Notes under the pieces: model-generated
Database searches by the model: none
What the model was told of the DNA's origin: nothing
Seen by the model: only the letters and a program-made list of their open reading frames with translations
Shown here: positions 49,405 to 58,466 of the stretch, one piece after another
Layout: each line of letters starts with the position of its first letter
How positions within the stretch are numbered: position 1 is the stretch's first letter
Virus record (IMG/VR): IMGVR_UViG_3300031269_000015
Span: 1 to 62,122 of that record
Source of the DNA: a virus
Lineage: Duplodnaviria; Caudoviricetes
Direction: 5' to 3' (one strand)
Length of the DNA stretch: 62,122 nt
Program-made: the position numbers and the translations under genes

Positions 49405-49803
49405 ATGACTGCTCCCTTTACTCCATTTTTCACACCTCGGCAAATGTTAGAAATAGGCGTCTTCGATGGCGGATATTTTAACGAAAGCCCAGAAGACACG
49501 ATAGGTGTCGTTGCTGCCCCTGAGAATTTTTACGCTCCTAAAGTAGGATCTTCCCGTGCTGAATGGCAATCACGTGGTTGGATTGATGAACGTGATCCTC
49601 TTGGTTGGTTTCAATGGTACATGAGGTATTCTAAAGGTAGAAGAGTTGAATCTTACGATCACTGGCAAATAGGACGATGGTCTTCGTTCGGAGCTCGTCA
49701 CGGCGCTCAGGTGCTGAAAAACGGCAACGGTGATATGACTAAAAGATTACGTCAGCGCCAAGGTCTTCTTCATTGGTCACATAATCCTGAACCCGACAAA
49801 TAA
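49405..49803 (+). CDS. Conserved Trp-rich protein of unknown function
   Basis: TP..ML..G.F.G.YF, GWI...DP.GWFQWY.RY..GRR, Q..RW, RQ.LLHW. Confidence 0.75.
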   Translation: MTAPFTPFFTPRQMLEIGVFDGGYFNESPEDTIGVVAAPENFYAPKVGSSRAEWQSRGWIDERDPLGWFQWYMRYSKGRRVESYDHWQIGRWSSFGARHGAQVLKNGNGDMTKRLRQRQGLLHWSHNPEPDK

Positions 49804-49862
49804 AGTTGGTCATAGCTGTGTCTTTAAAGCATAGTGGTTACAGGTTAAACAAGGAGACTACA

Positions 49863-50105
49863 ATGTCAAACGAATTTGGAATACCAGAGACAGATTACAA
49901 TCTGTTGCAAGAGCTAGCTTCATCTGAAGGGCACGACGATCCACTTGAGATGATAGAAGAAAACATTCACGACAGTGTTGTTCCTGGGATTTGCGTATCT
50001 TGTAAAGGAACCCAAGAGTGTGAGCCAGATGCTCGCGCTAACTGGTGCAGTGAGTGCGGTACGAGCACTGTTCGCTCTTGCCTTGATTTGGTGGCGATGA
50101 TTTGA
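49863..50105 (+). CDS. Small Zn-ribbon protein
   Basis: C..C...EPDA...C..C; AAGGAG RBS; promoter 49807. Confidence 0.7.
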   Translation: MSNEFGIPETDYNLLQELASSEGHDDPLEMIEENIHDSVVPGICVSCKGTQECEPDARANWCSECGTSTVRSCLDLVAMI

Positions 50106-50409
50106 TTTTTAACCGCACCAAAACTGTTAGACTGCTCACCTCTGGAGAAGTACAGAGGAAGTATTTGCGAAACGGTGAAACAGTGATCTGGAAAACAGTA
50201 GATTGTTTTACGTTATCGCCTAAAGAACAGCCGCGACCATGCCCTACGGGGTACAGGAAACGGCTAGTACAGACCGCATACTAGCGGTCTGGGACGTCCC
50301 TTGCTGCTGGCGGGTGTGGTAGCCTACGGCAGCGGCAAGGTGACAGTCTGGCGGGGCGTTTTTGCGTCCCCCCTGCCAATTTTAACAATAGCTACCATAA
50401 GGAAATAAC

Positions 50410-50664
50410 ATGGTGCCGCATTTAGAAGCTCTCTACGAGAAAATGAAGTTAATTGAATTGATATCAAATCGTGCGAAACTAGCCATCATTGGGTTCGAGG
50501 TAGCGGTTGAATCTGAAGATATCAAGAAACAAGAAGAGCTTCGCACTGAAATCCACCAACTGATTGATGATCAACTAGATATTCAATTGGAAATTAAACG
50601 ATTGAAAAATCAAAACGAAAAAGAAATCATGGATAGATTTCGCAACCCAAGAAGGGATAAATAG
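50410..50664 (+). CDS. Coiled-coil hypothetical protein
   Basis: AAGGA RBS. Confidence 0.6.
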   Translation: MVPHLEALYEKMKLIELISNRAKLAIIGFEVAVESEDIKKQEELRTEIHQLIDDQLDIQLEIKRLKNQNEKEIMDRFRNPRRDK

Positions 50665-50726
50665 AGTTTGTCTCACCCTACCAGCTACACTATACTCTGA
50701 GTATAGTTAACAAAAAGGTTACCGAC

Positions 50727-51044
50727 ATGAATATTAACAGGCTACCGACTTCATACAAAGAAACTTCTCATTTGTTGGGTGCGTATGATGCTGAAAACAA
50801 CCGCGTTGTTTGGGCTATTGATGGACAAGCATTTTACACATCCGATATGTTTATAGATGGGACTAACTGGTTCGTGGTTTGGAGAGTGGGTAATGTTATT
50901 CATTGTCAAGCTGCTCAATGGCACTCTCCTTCCGGTGACTTCTGTTTGTTCCTCACTGATGTAACTCCGGATCAAGCAGTAGCTACAGCTTCTCGGGCCG
51001 CGACAGCCGCATGGGATTATATGTGCGAAAATATAAAATTGTAG
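50727..51044 (+). CDS. Hypothetical protein
   Basis: Promoter TTGTCT-N17-TATACT at 50668; AAGGTTACC leader. Confidence 0.6.
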   Translation: MNINRLPTSYKETSHLLGAYDAENNRVVWAIDGQAFYTSDMFIDGTNWFVVWRVGNVIHCQAAQWHSPSGDFCLFLTDVTPDQAVATASRAATAAWDYMCENIKL

Positions 51045-51243
51045 AAATCACAATGACAATGTTTGATCATCCACAAGCCCAAGGGCGTCAAATCATGTAC
51101 TAAGCTGAAAAATGTCAAAACAAAGCCAACCAGCATTGGGAGATGGCAGGTCTCGCTAGGCAAGACGGGGATACTGCTGATGCAGATCGCCATACCAGAG
51201 ATGCTCTTCTTTGGGATCAACGTGCAAAAGATGGAGGACACCC

Positions 51244-51609
51244 ATGCGAGGTATATTAATTAATCCGTACATGCGGACCGTTACAGATGTTATCATTAAG
51301 AAAGGTAACATACAAACAGTTTACGATGCGATGACATGGCTGGCCCACGAGGTTAGCATCGTGCAGGTCGGTTTCATTCTGCCCAACGGTGACAACATGC
51401 TGGTAGATGAAGAAGGTGCTCTCAAACCTGGACGACCTGTCTGGAAGCTGAACGGAATGGCTTTTGTTGGAACAGGTTTGTTCCTCGGGTCAGATGGTGA
51501 TGGTGAATGGAGTAGTGCGAAAATCCTGCTGGGTGACGTTCAGGCTTACGCTTCTTGGACGAACATTGTTTCAACTGGTGAAGATAGGATGCCTCATGAA
51601 GTGGAGTGA
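51244..51609 (+). CDS. DUF3846-like protein
   Basis: ILINP, VDEEG.L, G.GL..G motifs; GGAGG RBS. Confidence 0.65.
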   Translation: MRGILINPYMRTVTDVIIKKGNIQTVYDAMTWLAHEVSIVQVGFILPNGDNMLVDEEGALKPGRPVWKLNGMAFVGTGLFLGSDGDGEWSSAKILLGDVQAYASWTNIVSTGEDRMPHEVE

Positions 51610-51611
51610 TC

Positions 51612-51913
51612 ATGAAATATGTAATGCTTGAAGATGAAATGGGTGGAAAGCATCCTGTGCTCTTCCATGAAAAGTTGATTCATAGTGTTGTTGCTCGCGG
51701 TATTTGCCGTGAGTATCGCAAACAAACTCCAGTTGGATTTTGGACCGTGATTAACGCTGGTTTCTACGACGCAAAACAGTTTACGGTCGTAGTGAAAGTC
51801 TTATGTTAGATTCAGCGCCGATAGATGCACATCGTATTGTTTTAGGTTCAGATGTGATTTACCTATCTGACGAGAAACTCTTGACATTGATCAAACTTGA
51901 AAAGGAAAAGTGA
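51612..51913 (+). pseudogene. Frameshifted small gene
   Basis: MKYVML...AGF continues in another frame as VYGRSESL...EKEK* ending at the next start. Confidence 0.55.
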
Positions 51914-52140
51914 TGGAGATCAAAGAATACTCAAAAGGCAAGTTCAAGGCTGATTGTACAAAGTTCTTGAACGATGCAATCGAGAATGATGACGGAGGCT
52001 GGGAGAAACACACAGAGTTTCATTGGTCTCGTATCGTCGCTGGTAAAAAGCTAGATTACTGGCCTTCTCGCAAGAAGTTTCAATATCTCGGCAAAGTTCG
52101 TCGTGGTAACGTACTAGCGTTTATCGAAAGGAAAAGTTGA
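51913..52140 (+). CDS. Hypothetical protein
   Basis: HW....G..LDYWPS..K motif. Confidence 0.65.
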   Translation: MEIKEYSKGKFKADCTKFLNDAIENDDGGWEKHTEFHWSRIVAGKKLDYWPSRKKFQYLGKVRRGNVLAFIERKS

Positions 52141-52410
52141 TGGAGAAAAATATAATCTGCGCGGCCTTGGCCTAAATAAGAGACGATAAATTCGTTTCCT
52201 CTGGGATATTAGAACCTGAAGACATTTTTCAACGCAGCGATCATTCACATTCATGAGTTAGATGTTAAAAGTGAAAAGCTGCGGCGCGAGCTCGAGGATC
52301 TGCGTATGCTTTGCACTGGCATGGTGCGCAAAATAAATGCCCAGTTAAACGGGGACAGCTCTTAGGACGCGCTGCTTACTGCGCCCTACCCTAACCAGAA
52401 AGGTCCTAAG

Positions 52411-52635
52411 ATGGCCAAAATTGTGTTACCTCCACGTAAGCAAGCTTCGTTGCTCAATGCACAGGCTAAAACGCTTGCTCTGGCTCGTATTCTACAACAG
52501 GCTGCTTTTCTAGCTGAACGACGATTAGCTAAAACTGGTGATTTCAAACCGGCTCCGTTGTATATGACCCAAGCGGAGAACCTTCATAAAGATCAAATGT
52601 TGCGTGTGAAGTTGAAGGCGGTGCTGGATGCGTAA
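52411..52635 (+). CDS. Hypothetical protein
   Basis: AAAGG RBS. Confidence 0.55.
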   Translation: MAKIVLPPRKQASLLNAQAKTLALARILQQAAFLAERRLAKTGDFKPAPLYMTQAENLHKDQMLRVKLKAVLDA

Positions 52636-52898
52636 TTTATTGTTCAGAAATCATGATGCTTCTAAGAGAGAGATGTGATGATTCGAGTGTGAATCGCATC
52701 TTGGAACTTTACGGATCACATCATCAAGGTGATCGGTACAATGTCAAACTAGACGGCGTACCTTTGAAGCTAGATTTCATGGGGGAAGAGAGTAGAGTAA
52801 TGGACTCTCTTTCCTCAAGGTGATTATGTTGGGATACTACCCTAGCGCCTATGACGCTAAGATAGCAGAGTATGGAGTTTCCATTGTCGAGGAAAGAT

Positions 52899-53588
52899 CT
52901 AACCCTTTAAGACCTGTTTCGAGGAGCAACTAAACGATCGAATATCTCTTCGTGTTTTCGGAACCGAGTGGTCTAATCTGCCTTCTTTAGTCATTTTGTA
53001 TTTAACCCAAAGAGCCATCCAGTCAATATTCTCCACTTTCTCAAATGCGTGTTCGTTCATAACCTCTCCGGCGTACAAACTCTCCATATCTCGCACACTG
53101 AGCGCAGCTAAATCATCAAAAATATCAAGCGTCATTTCAGCATGTTGTTCGTTTGTGTTCTTGTGAATATCTTTCCATTGGTTTTCAAGTCTCCATATCC
53201 ACATAGATAACATCCACTCTAGACCATACTGCAACTCTTCTTTGAATCTCCACAGATAACAAGCTGTTGCTTTATCGTTGTCTTTAGTGACACCTTTCAA
53301 CCTTCTTGGGTTGTAGATAGTCGTTTGCAAAATAGTCCTCCCCATGTTACTTTTACTGACAGATGGGAAGTTTGTGAATAAGATGTCTCTTAATTCGGCG
53401 ATTGATACGAAGTTAACGAAATCATTTCTGCACCAATGATAGAGTATCACCTGTGCGGTCATGTTATCTGGGTCATATAACCTGTATCTTGAGTGTGGAT
53501 CATCGATATGTGTGCGGTAAGATAGAGTCTCTCCTTCACTGTTCACTTTGGGTCGTTCTGGTAGAAATCTGTTATATTCGTAAGCCAT
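52899..53588 (-). CDS. Hypothetical protein; only credible minus-strand gene
   Basis: AAGGAG RBS before MAYEYN; ~229 aa open with no competing + ORF. Confidence 0.75.
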   Translation of the reverse strand: MAYEYNRFLPERPKVNSEGETLSYRTHIDDPHSRYRLYDPDNMTAQVILYHWCRNDFVNFVSIAELRDILFTNFPSVSKSNMGRTILQTTIYNPRRLKGVTKDNDKATACYLWRFKEELQYGLEWMLSMWIWRLENQWKDIHKNTNEQHAEMTLDIFDDLAALSVRDMESLYAGEVMNEHAFEKVENIDWMALWVKYKMTKEGRLDHSVPKTRRDIRSFSCSSKQVLKG

Positions 53589-53955
53589 TGGATACTCCTT
53601 TGTATATAAGGTGAAGGATATATTATTCTGTTTACGTTGTAAAGGCACAATAAAACGGCGGGAGATAATTAATGTTTAGGCCCAAAGGTGGCTGGGTCCG
53701 GTTGTGGGGTAAAGTGGCTGTAGCTACGGTGGAGGGTAGGGGATAGTAGAGTATATAATATTATATTATTATTATTATAAATTAAAGAGTATATTACAAT
53801 AACTTAGGGACTTTATCAGAGAAATAGACTGACTCCCCCTAAATAGAAAGTTGATGTCTGATGAATGGGTGGCTTGCGTTTCTTGGGTTTGGATGGTAAT
53901 TATTTAGTGGGAGATCTCAACGATCTTGGCTCGCCTATACATGATGAGGACTAAG

Positions 53956-54594
53956 ATGAACAACGATAACAACGATAACAACGAAGAAACAGACTACGCT
54001 CAGAAGTACGACGAGCAATTTGCGATGAGACGTCGCCCACGCTCGCTCGTCAGCCGAGGATCCAAGGTCGTCAAGTACGACGTTCAAGATGAAGTCACGG
54101 GAGAGTGGCGAACAGCGATCCGCATGTCCCGCACCAAGTTTGACGAGAAAGCGAAAGAAGTGTTCTTGTTAGAGTATGCGAAATGGGGACGGATGGGAGA
54201 GAGTGCAGCAGCCGCCGGAGTATCGACTCTCACAGTTCGCCGACATATGGAAGAAGACGAAGAATTCGCCGAAGCCTTCTACATGCAGGAAGAAGAATAC
54301 AAAGACAAGCTGATCGGGCATCACCAGAACCTTCTTTTCAATGGTACAATTAAAGAGACTTATGACAGGAATGGTGGACTAGTCAACAAAGAGACGATCT
54401 ACCCTATCCGTCTCATCGAACTGGAACTGAAGAAGCACGACAAGGCATACCGTGAAAAACAAGAAATCGCAGTGAACCATACTGGTGGAGTTCTAGTTGC
54501 TCCAGCTGAAACAGCGAGTATCGATGACTGGGAGACAAGATTTGGATCGGCGACGGACGTAACTCCTGCTCCTGATGAAGACAACGAAGATTAA
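53956..54594 (+). CDS. Putative terminase small subunit
   Basis: FL......G....A...GVS..TV.......EF HTH, L...LK.....YRE, acidic tail. Confidence 0.7.
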   Translation: MNNDNNDNNEETDYAQKYDEQFAMRRRPRSLVSRGSKVVKYDVQDEVTGEWRTAIRMSRTKFDEKAKEVFLLEYAKWGRMGESAAAAGVSTLTVRRHMEEDEEFAEAFYMQEEEYKDKLIGHHQNLLFNGTIKETYDRNGGLVNKETIYPIRLIELELKKHDKAYREKQEIAVNHTGGVLVAPAETASIDDWETRFGSATDVTPAPDEDNED

Positions 54595-54678
54595 ATTTTC
54601 GCCGAGTGAGTCTGTCCGATTCTCTGTCTGCAGGAAGGTGTCCTCATCTTCCTCGATAATTCTCAATCGTCTTCCTCT

Positions 54679-55137
54679 TCATCCTCTTCCATAAGATCTT
54701 TGAGATCTCGTAGATCGTAGATGGACCCAGACACGACAAATAGAATTGGTCACACCTTACCACTTATTGCATAGTAAGGTGTAACCCAAACCGAAAGGCT
54801 ACCAAATGAATTTCTTTGCATGGTACGACTCAAAGACGAACGACGTTATCTTGAAAGAGAAAGCTGATGCTGGAGACGGAGCTCCAGACTACGTCATTAC
54901 CGTAGAAAATGGATACGTAGAAGTTCAGTCTATAAACGGTGAGAAAATCCAACTCAACGAACACATGCAGACCGTAGAAGAAGCAGTCATCCTCTTTACT
55001 ACTTTGTTGGGCCTGAGAGAAGCTGCACGATAAAATTCAAATTTCGCCGAGTCGGTATATCCGATTCGGCGTCTCTCCGTGGACTTCTTCATCTTCATCA
55101 TCCTCTTCCATAAGATCTTTGAGATCTCGTAGATCGT
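54679..55137 (+). repeat. Exact 40-bp direct repeat (54679-54718, 55098-55137)
   Basis: TCATCCTCTTCCATAAGATCTTTGAGATCTCGTAGATCGT, each shortly upstream of a promoter. Confidence 0.9.
54806..55033 (+). CDS. Hypothetical protein
   Basis: Promoter 54747 and AAAGGCTACC leader. Confidence 0.65.
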   Translation: MNFFAWYDSKTNDVILKEKADAGDGAPDYVITVENGYVEVQSINGEKIQLNEHMQTVEEAVILFTTLLGLREAAR

Positions 55138-55232
55138 TCGTAAGCCCAGACAAAAAGAGTTAGTCCTAACCTTGGTTACATGCTACCTTAATTGTAGGCA
55201 TTAACGCCATAAATAAAAAAGGCTACCTCACT

Positions 55233-55517
55233 ATGTCAAATGTTTGTCAAATAAACTACAACGAAGATTCAGCTCAGCTTTTTGCCTTGCTTGCAATCAA
55301 TATGCTAAATGAAGATCTTTGTGCTGGTCCACCACAGTTCAATCCAGCTTCTGGCGCTATCACGCAACTTTATGGTATGTGTCCAATGTCTTCAGGTAGC
55401 ATCTGCACGTTTAGCCCAGTCGGTCCTCTTAGCTGGCATGTTAGCTACCAAGACGAAGAAGATTCTGCTATTCTCACCCTAAGCCAAATTCCCGGCTGGT
55501 TTACCGGCGATTACTGA
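55233..55517 (+). CDS. Hypothetical protein
   Basis: Promoter 55161 and AAAGGCTACC leader. Confidence 0.6.
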   Translation: MSNVCQINYNEDSAQLFALLAINMLNEDLCAGPPQFNPASGAITQLYGMCPMSSGSICTFSPVGPLSWHVSYQDEEDSAILTLSQIPGWFTGDY

Positions 55518-55531
55518 AAATCACACAACTG

Positions 55532-55558
55532 TCCCCGCTGATTTCTCAGCGGGGATTT
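55532..55558 (+). terminator. Intrinsic terminator-like hairpin
   Basis: TCCCCGCTGA-TTTC-TCAGCGGGGA-TTT. Confidence 0.65.
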
Positions 55559-55708
55559 CGCCGAGTCCGTCAATCGGAATCTCTGTCTCTGTGAAGAAGT
55601 TATCCTGTTTGACGATGAAGAGGAAGAAGATTTTCGCCGAGTCCGTCCATCAGAATCTCTGTCTCTCTATTGGTCTATTCATTTTCTTCGCTATCTTCAT
55701 GCCTCCCA

Positions 55709-55748
55709 ATGCTGCATCGCAGCATCCCTTCTATGCTGCATCGCAGCA
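55709..55748. promoter_or_regulatory. Tandem palindromes ATGCTGC-ATC-GCAGCA(T), PhaR-box-like
   Basis: Copies at 55709 and 55733. Confidence 0.55.
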
Positions 55749-55909
55749 CACGTAACATTGTTGCGTATTTGGTCCTAACAACGCAATAATGTTATGAGGT
55801 TTTTACTTGGCTTATGCGGGCGGCATATGTAAGGTATATGCAAGGCCAAGCAATAACGCAAACGGCCTAGGGCGCAAACGGCCCGCAAAACCTTAAAGGG
55901 GTTTACACA

Positions 55910-56305
55910 ATGGCTACCACAAACAAAGCACCAAACAAAGCAACCAAAACTAAGCGCACCGCGCCATCCGCCACAGCCGCCACGGGCAGCGCCACAGTGG
56001 CCACCACTAAACAGGCAAAGGGTACTAAGGCAGCACAAGCCGCCGCGCCACAAGCGCCGCTTTTTGTAGCAGGCATTATGCCACCCGTGCGCGGCGGCAC
56101 TCACCGCGCATATGCCCAAGACGTTGCACGTGCGCTTACAACGGCCAACCCCAAGGGCTTTACGTTAGCAGCTTACCGCGACGCGCTTGTAGCAGGCGCG
56201 GCAGCTAGTAGCATAGCGCCACCGCGCGGCGGCTGGGCAGCGCACAATATGCCTACATGGGCGAGCAACGTAGCACAGAGCTGGTTGGTAGCGCCAAGCA
56301 AGTAA
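55910..56305 (+). CDS. Basic Ala/Thr/Lys-rich protein in the GA/TC-free island
   Basis: TTGGCT-N17-TAAGGT promoter at 55807, AAAGGGG RBS, hairpins downstream. Confidence 0.7.
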   Translation: MATTNKAPNKATKTKRTAPSATAATGSATVATTKQAKGTKAAQAAAPQAPLFVAGIMPPVRGGTHRAYAQDVARALTTANPKGFTLAAYRDALVAGAAASSIAPPRGGWAAHNMPTWASNVAQSWLVAPSK

Positions 56306-56735
56306 GGCGACGGACAAGACACAAGGGGCAGGGCGCAAGCCTTGCCCTTACTGTTGTAATTATGCAACCCGCCCCCATCAACGGGCAGGGTGTTGCATTT
56401 TTGGCACAAGCACCCGCGTACCCAGAGCTAGACCACATCCTCCGTAATCCTCACTTATCGCGACACAAACCACTTGTCACCCTAACCCCGCCCCCTTACA
56501 ATTATAAAGCGTGACCAAACAAACACTGATTAAAATACCAAAATAAAAGGATCCCAATTATATGAAACTAATAAAGATGCCCGAAGACATGACAGTTCTC
56601 ATTATGTCGGTAGAGGTAGAACATGTTGATGATGTTTCAACTTCAGACGGAATTGTAGATCATTGAGGTCGACAAGCCATTTTCGGATTTTAGACCAAGG
56701 CCCACCCTCTTGGGTTCAATATTGAAAGGAATACC

Positions 56736-56974
56736 ATGAGCGATAACGTAATATCAGGACCTGGATATAACACCCAGCCGAACGAAGTAGTCATCAGCTT
56801 TTTAGAAAAGATGCTAGAAGTGGAGAAATTCAAGGTATCGGATGTGCTCATGTGGACAAAAACATGGTCGCAGCCTACTCAGTCATTGGACTGGTGGGTG
56901 GATACTCTATGCTGGGTGCATCTCAATGTGTGGTTGCAGCGATTACCGAAGTAAACAGAGAAGCAGAGACATGA
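56736..56974 (+). pseudogene. Frameshifted small gene
   Basis: ...FLEKMLE then SGEIQGIG...GGYSMLGA in another frame. Confidence 0.55.
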
Positions 56975-57029
56975 TCAACGAACTAGAACGAGAAAACGGT
57001 CGCATGGTTTACTGCGATGAGAGTGTACT

Positions 57030-57314
57030 ATGACAGAATCCAACTATCATAAAACAGCGATGAGAGCGGGAAGCCGCATGAAAGCTCGCGCTTGGGCTAA
57101 TAAAGAATTCTTCTGTCCTTGTTGTGGGGCTAGAATGTACTTTCCAATTCATGAAGAAAAGATAAAAAGAAACAAAGATCCGGAGGGAAGAAAAGCCCAA
57201 GCGAAAAGAATGGCCAGTCTCGATCACATCTTGGAAAAATCTAAGGGAGGAACCAACGAGATACATAATCTGAGAATTATCTGTCAGGGATGTAACACAG
57301 ATAGGTCTCGGTAA
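57030..57314 (+). CDS. HNH endonuclease
   Basis: CPCC, DHI...S.GG.N...NL...C..CN. Confidence 0.88.
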   Translation: MTESNYHKTAMRAGSRMKARAWANKEFFCPCCGARMYFPIHEEKIKRNKDPEGRKAQAKRMASLDHILEKSKGGTNEIHNLRIICQGCNTDRSR

Positions 57315-57376
57315 GTTTTAGGCTTGCTAGTGCGAACAAGAAATGCTAAGTTAAATTTTATCAGAACGAGGATAAA

Positions 57377-57664
57377 ATGCCAATTATTTCTGTTACCAGT
57401 GGATCAGACGCCACGATGCAATTCTTGTTTCAGGATGAAGCTGAGGAGGCTATTCCGATCACGTCTCCGGTGATAATTGAAGCCTCTGGTGATCTAAGTG
57501 GAAAATGCACAACGGCGCTCGTAGACGGACCAAATGGATTAGCTTCCATAACGATTGAAGGTACTTCGATGGTAGCTGTTGGGAAGTATTATCTAAGATT
57601 GCAAGTAGAGCTTTCAAATGGCGACTCTTTAGCCAGTGATAGGGTTGAGGTGCATGTCAGATAA
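57377..57664 (+). CDS. Small beta-sandwich adaptor (BppU N-terminal-like)
   Basis: G.Y...LQV...G motif; first gene of the fibre block; GAGGA RBS. Confidence 0.5.
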   Translation: MPIISVTSGSDATMQFLFQDEAEEAIPITSPVIIEASGDLSGKCTTALVDGPNGLASITIEGTSMVAVGKYYLRLQVELSNGDSLASDRVEVHVR

Positions 57665-58466
57665 AACAATAATCGTAACTTCCCCAAACTCTGTTACTAT
57701 TGTAATTTCTCAAGTAGGAGTAACTGCCGCGCCAAGGGAGGTCGTTTCGTTACCTACCGCGCCGAAACAGGTTGTCGTTTCGTTACCTGCCGCACCAAGG
57801 GCGGTCGTTTCGTTACCTGTCGCACCAAGAGTCGTTGTGAGTACTCAGGGGGCGCGTGGCACAGACGGCACAGACGGCACAGATGGTACAGACGGCATAG
57901 ATGGCATAGACGGCATAGACGGTACATCTGTCACGATGGATACACGCATAAACATTCTAGGTGATACGTCTTACAATGGGGCAATGGCTTACGCGACAGA
58001 TCACCACGCCATGTATCTATTTGTTGACGGCTGGCAGGAATCTTCCGCGTTAATGACACCACGTTCCGGCCCTGTCGACATGGGCGTAGAGCAGACCAGC
58101 AACCTTTCGGGCTACGGCGCGGACTACATCACAGACAAGCGTTTGAGCAACGTGTCTATCGGGTCCAATGCAAACGAACGTCTTGGCGGGGTTCGCGTGG
58201 TGTTCGCAGCGTCACTGGGCCGCAACCTTACTCAGGTCTATCTCGATGGCGCTTGGCAGACTGTTTTGACTGGCGTAAACATCCAGACGGACAGTGCGGA
58301 GGCCGTCCCCGACATAGAGTTCACCGACTTTTCGCCTTGGGTGCTTTCGCTCATTACGGGAAACAGCGATGCTAAAGACGCAAACGACGTTCCACTTGTG
58401 CAAAACATGAAAATTGACATGGGCGCTTATTCCGCGCCACTTGTTATTGATGGGGGTTCATTTTAA
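57654..58466 (+). CDS. Collagen-like fibre protein
   Basis: VVSLP.AP x3, (G.D)7 triplets, ends IDGGSF. Confidence 0.7.
   Translation: MSDKTIIVTSPNSVTIVISQVGVTAAPREVVSLPTAPKQVVVSLPAAPRAVVSLPVAPRVVVSTQGARGTDGTDGTDGTDGIDGIDGIDGTSVTMDTRINILGDTSYNGAMAYATDHHAMYLFVDGWQESSALMTPRSGPVDMGVEQTSNLSGYGADYITDKRLSNVSIGSNANERLGGVRVVFAASLGRNLTQVYLDGAWQTVLTGVNIQTDSAEAVPDIEFTDFSPWVLSLITGNSDAKDANDVPLVQNMKIDMGAYSAPLVIDGGSF

Larger units (their letters stand above)
54597..55664 (+). repeat. Four copies of TTTCGCCGAGT(C)-N9-GAWTC(TCTGTCT)
   Basis: Copies start at 54597, 55042, 55556 and 55632. Confidence 0.85.

Noticed and set aside
54597-55664. CRISPR array
   Set aside because: Repeats are degenerate, spacing is irregular (76-514 nt) with genes in between, and no cas genes
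57858-57923. 9-bp tandem repeat as a contingency locus
   Set aside because: In-frame collagen G-X-D coding; length change would not switch phase
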